Below, piece after piece: positions 34,104 to 34,200 of a stretch of 34,200 bases of DNA. The position numbers were made by a program, and so were the translations under genes. Origin of the DNA: a virus (taxonomy: Duplodnaviria > Caudoviricetes). Where the stretch lies: positions 1 to 34,200 of the IMG/VR virus record IMGVR_UViG_3300032281_001149, one strand, 5' to 3'. The notes beneath the pieces are model-generated. The model saw only the letters and a list, made by a program, of their open reading frames with translations, was not told the origin of the DNA and searched no databases. Position 1 is the first letter of the stretch. Every line of letters starts with the position of its first letter.

Positions 34104-34188
34104 AACGCACCGAAGCCGCGCAAAACGCAACGCATGCGCTCAGACCATGCGCAAACACGTTTGCGCGTCCGCTCGCACAAAGGCCGTG

Positions 34189-34200
34189 AGACATTAAACC
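34189..34200 (+). repeat. Terminal direct repeat identical to bases 1-12 (circularity/assembly overlap)
   Basis: AGACATTAAACC at both 1-12 and 34189-34200. Confidence 0.85.

Overview
The window is an apparently complete, circular temperate tailed-phage genome of about 34,188 bp: bases 34189-34200 repeat bases 1-12, and an intact attP (3' half of tRNA-Pro GGG) lies beside a tyrosine integrase. Almost all genes are on the minus strand. The early/replication arm (508-11345) carries a primase, a P-loop helicase-like protein, a ParB-like protein, a BRO-N antirepressor and many small ORFs. The immunity/integration block (11433-13562, plus strand) is controlled by a divergent pair of ribbon-helix-helix regulators. 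The late arm (13536-34084) carries TerS, GpA-type TerL, a lambda-type portal, a Clp protease with a nested scaffold, a P22-like coat protein, siphovirus tail genes with a -1 frameshifted chaperone, a fibre and a lysis cassette. The most striking signal is a late-gene motif, WTTGACAY-N11-Y|R, found 11 times, always in the late-gene orientation. It places a -35-type hexamer only 13 nt upstream of an inferred start site, which is often the start codon itself, with no -10 box. Late genes without this motif are either coupled by overlap or have G-poor leaders, often heptamer arrays. Other oddities are signal peptides on the fibre and its neighbour, a holin fused to a lipoprotein signal, and five copies of a 22-bp REP-like palindrome. 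A Verrucomicrobiota/PVC host is my inference only. All product calls come from reading motifs by eye; no database searches were run.
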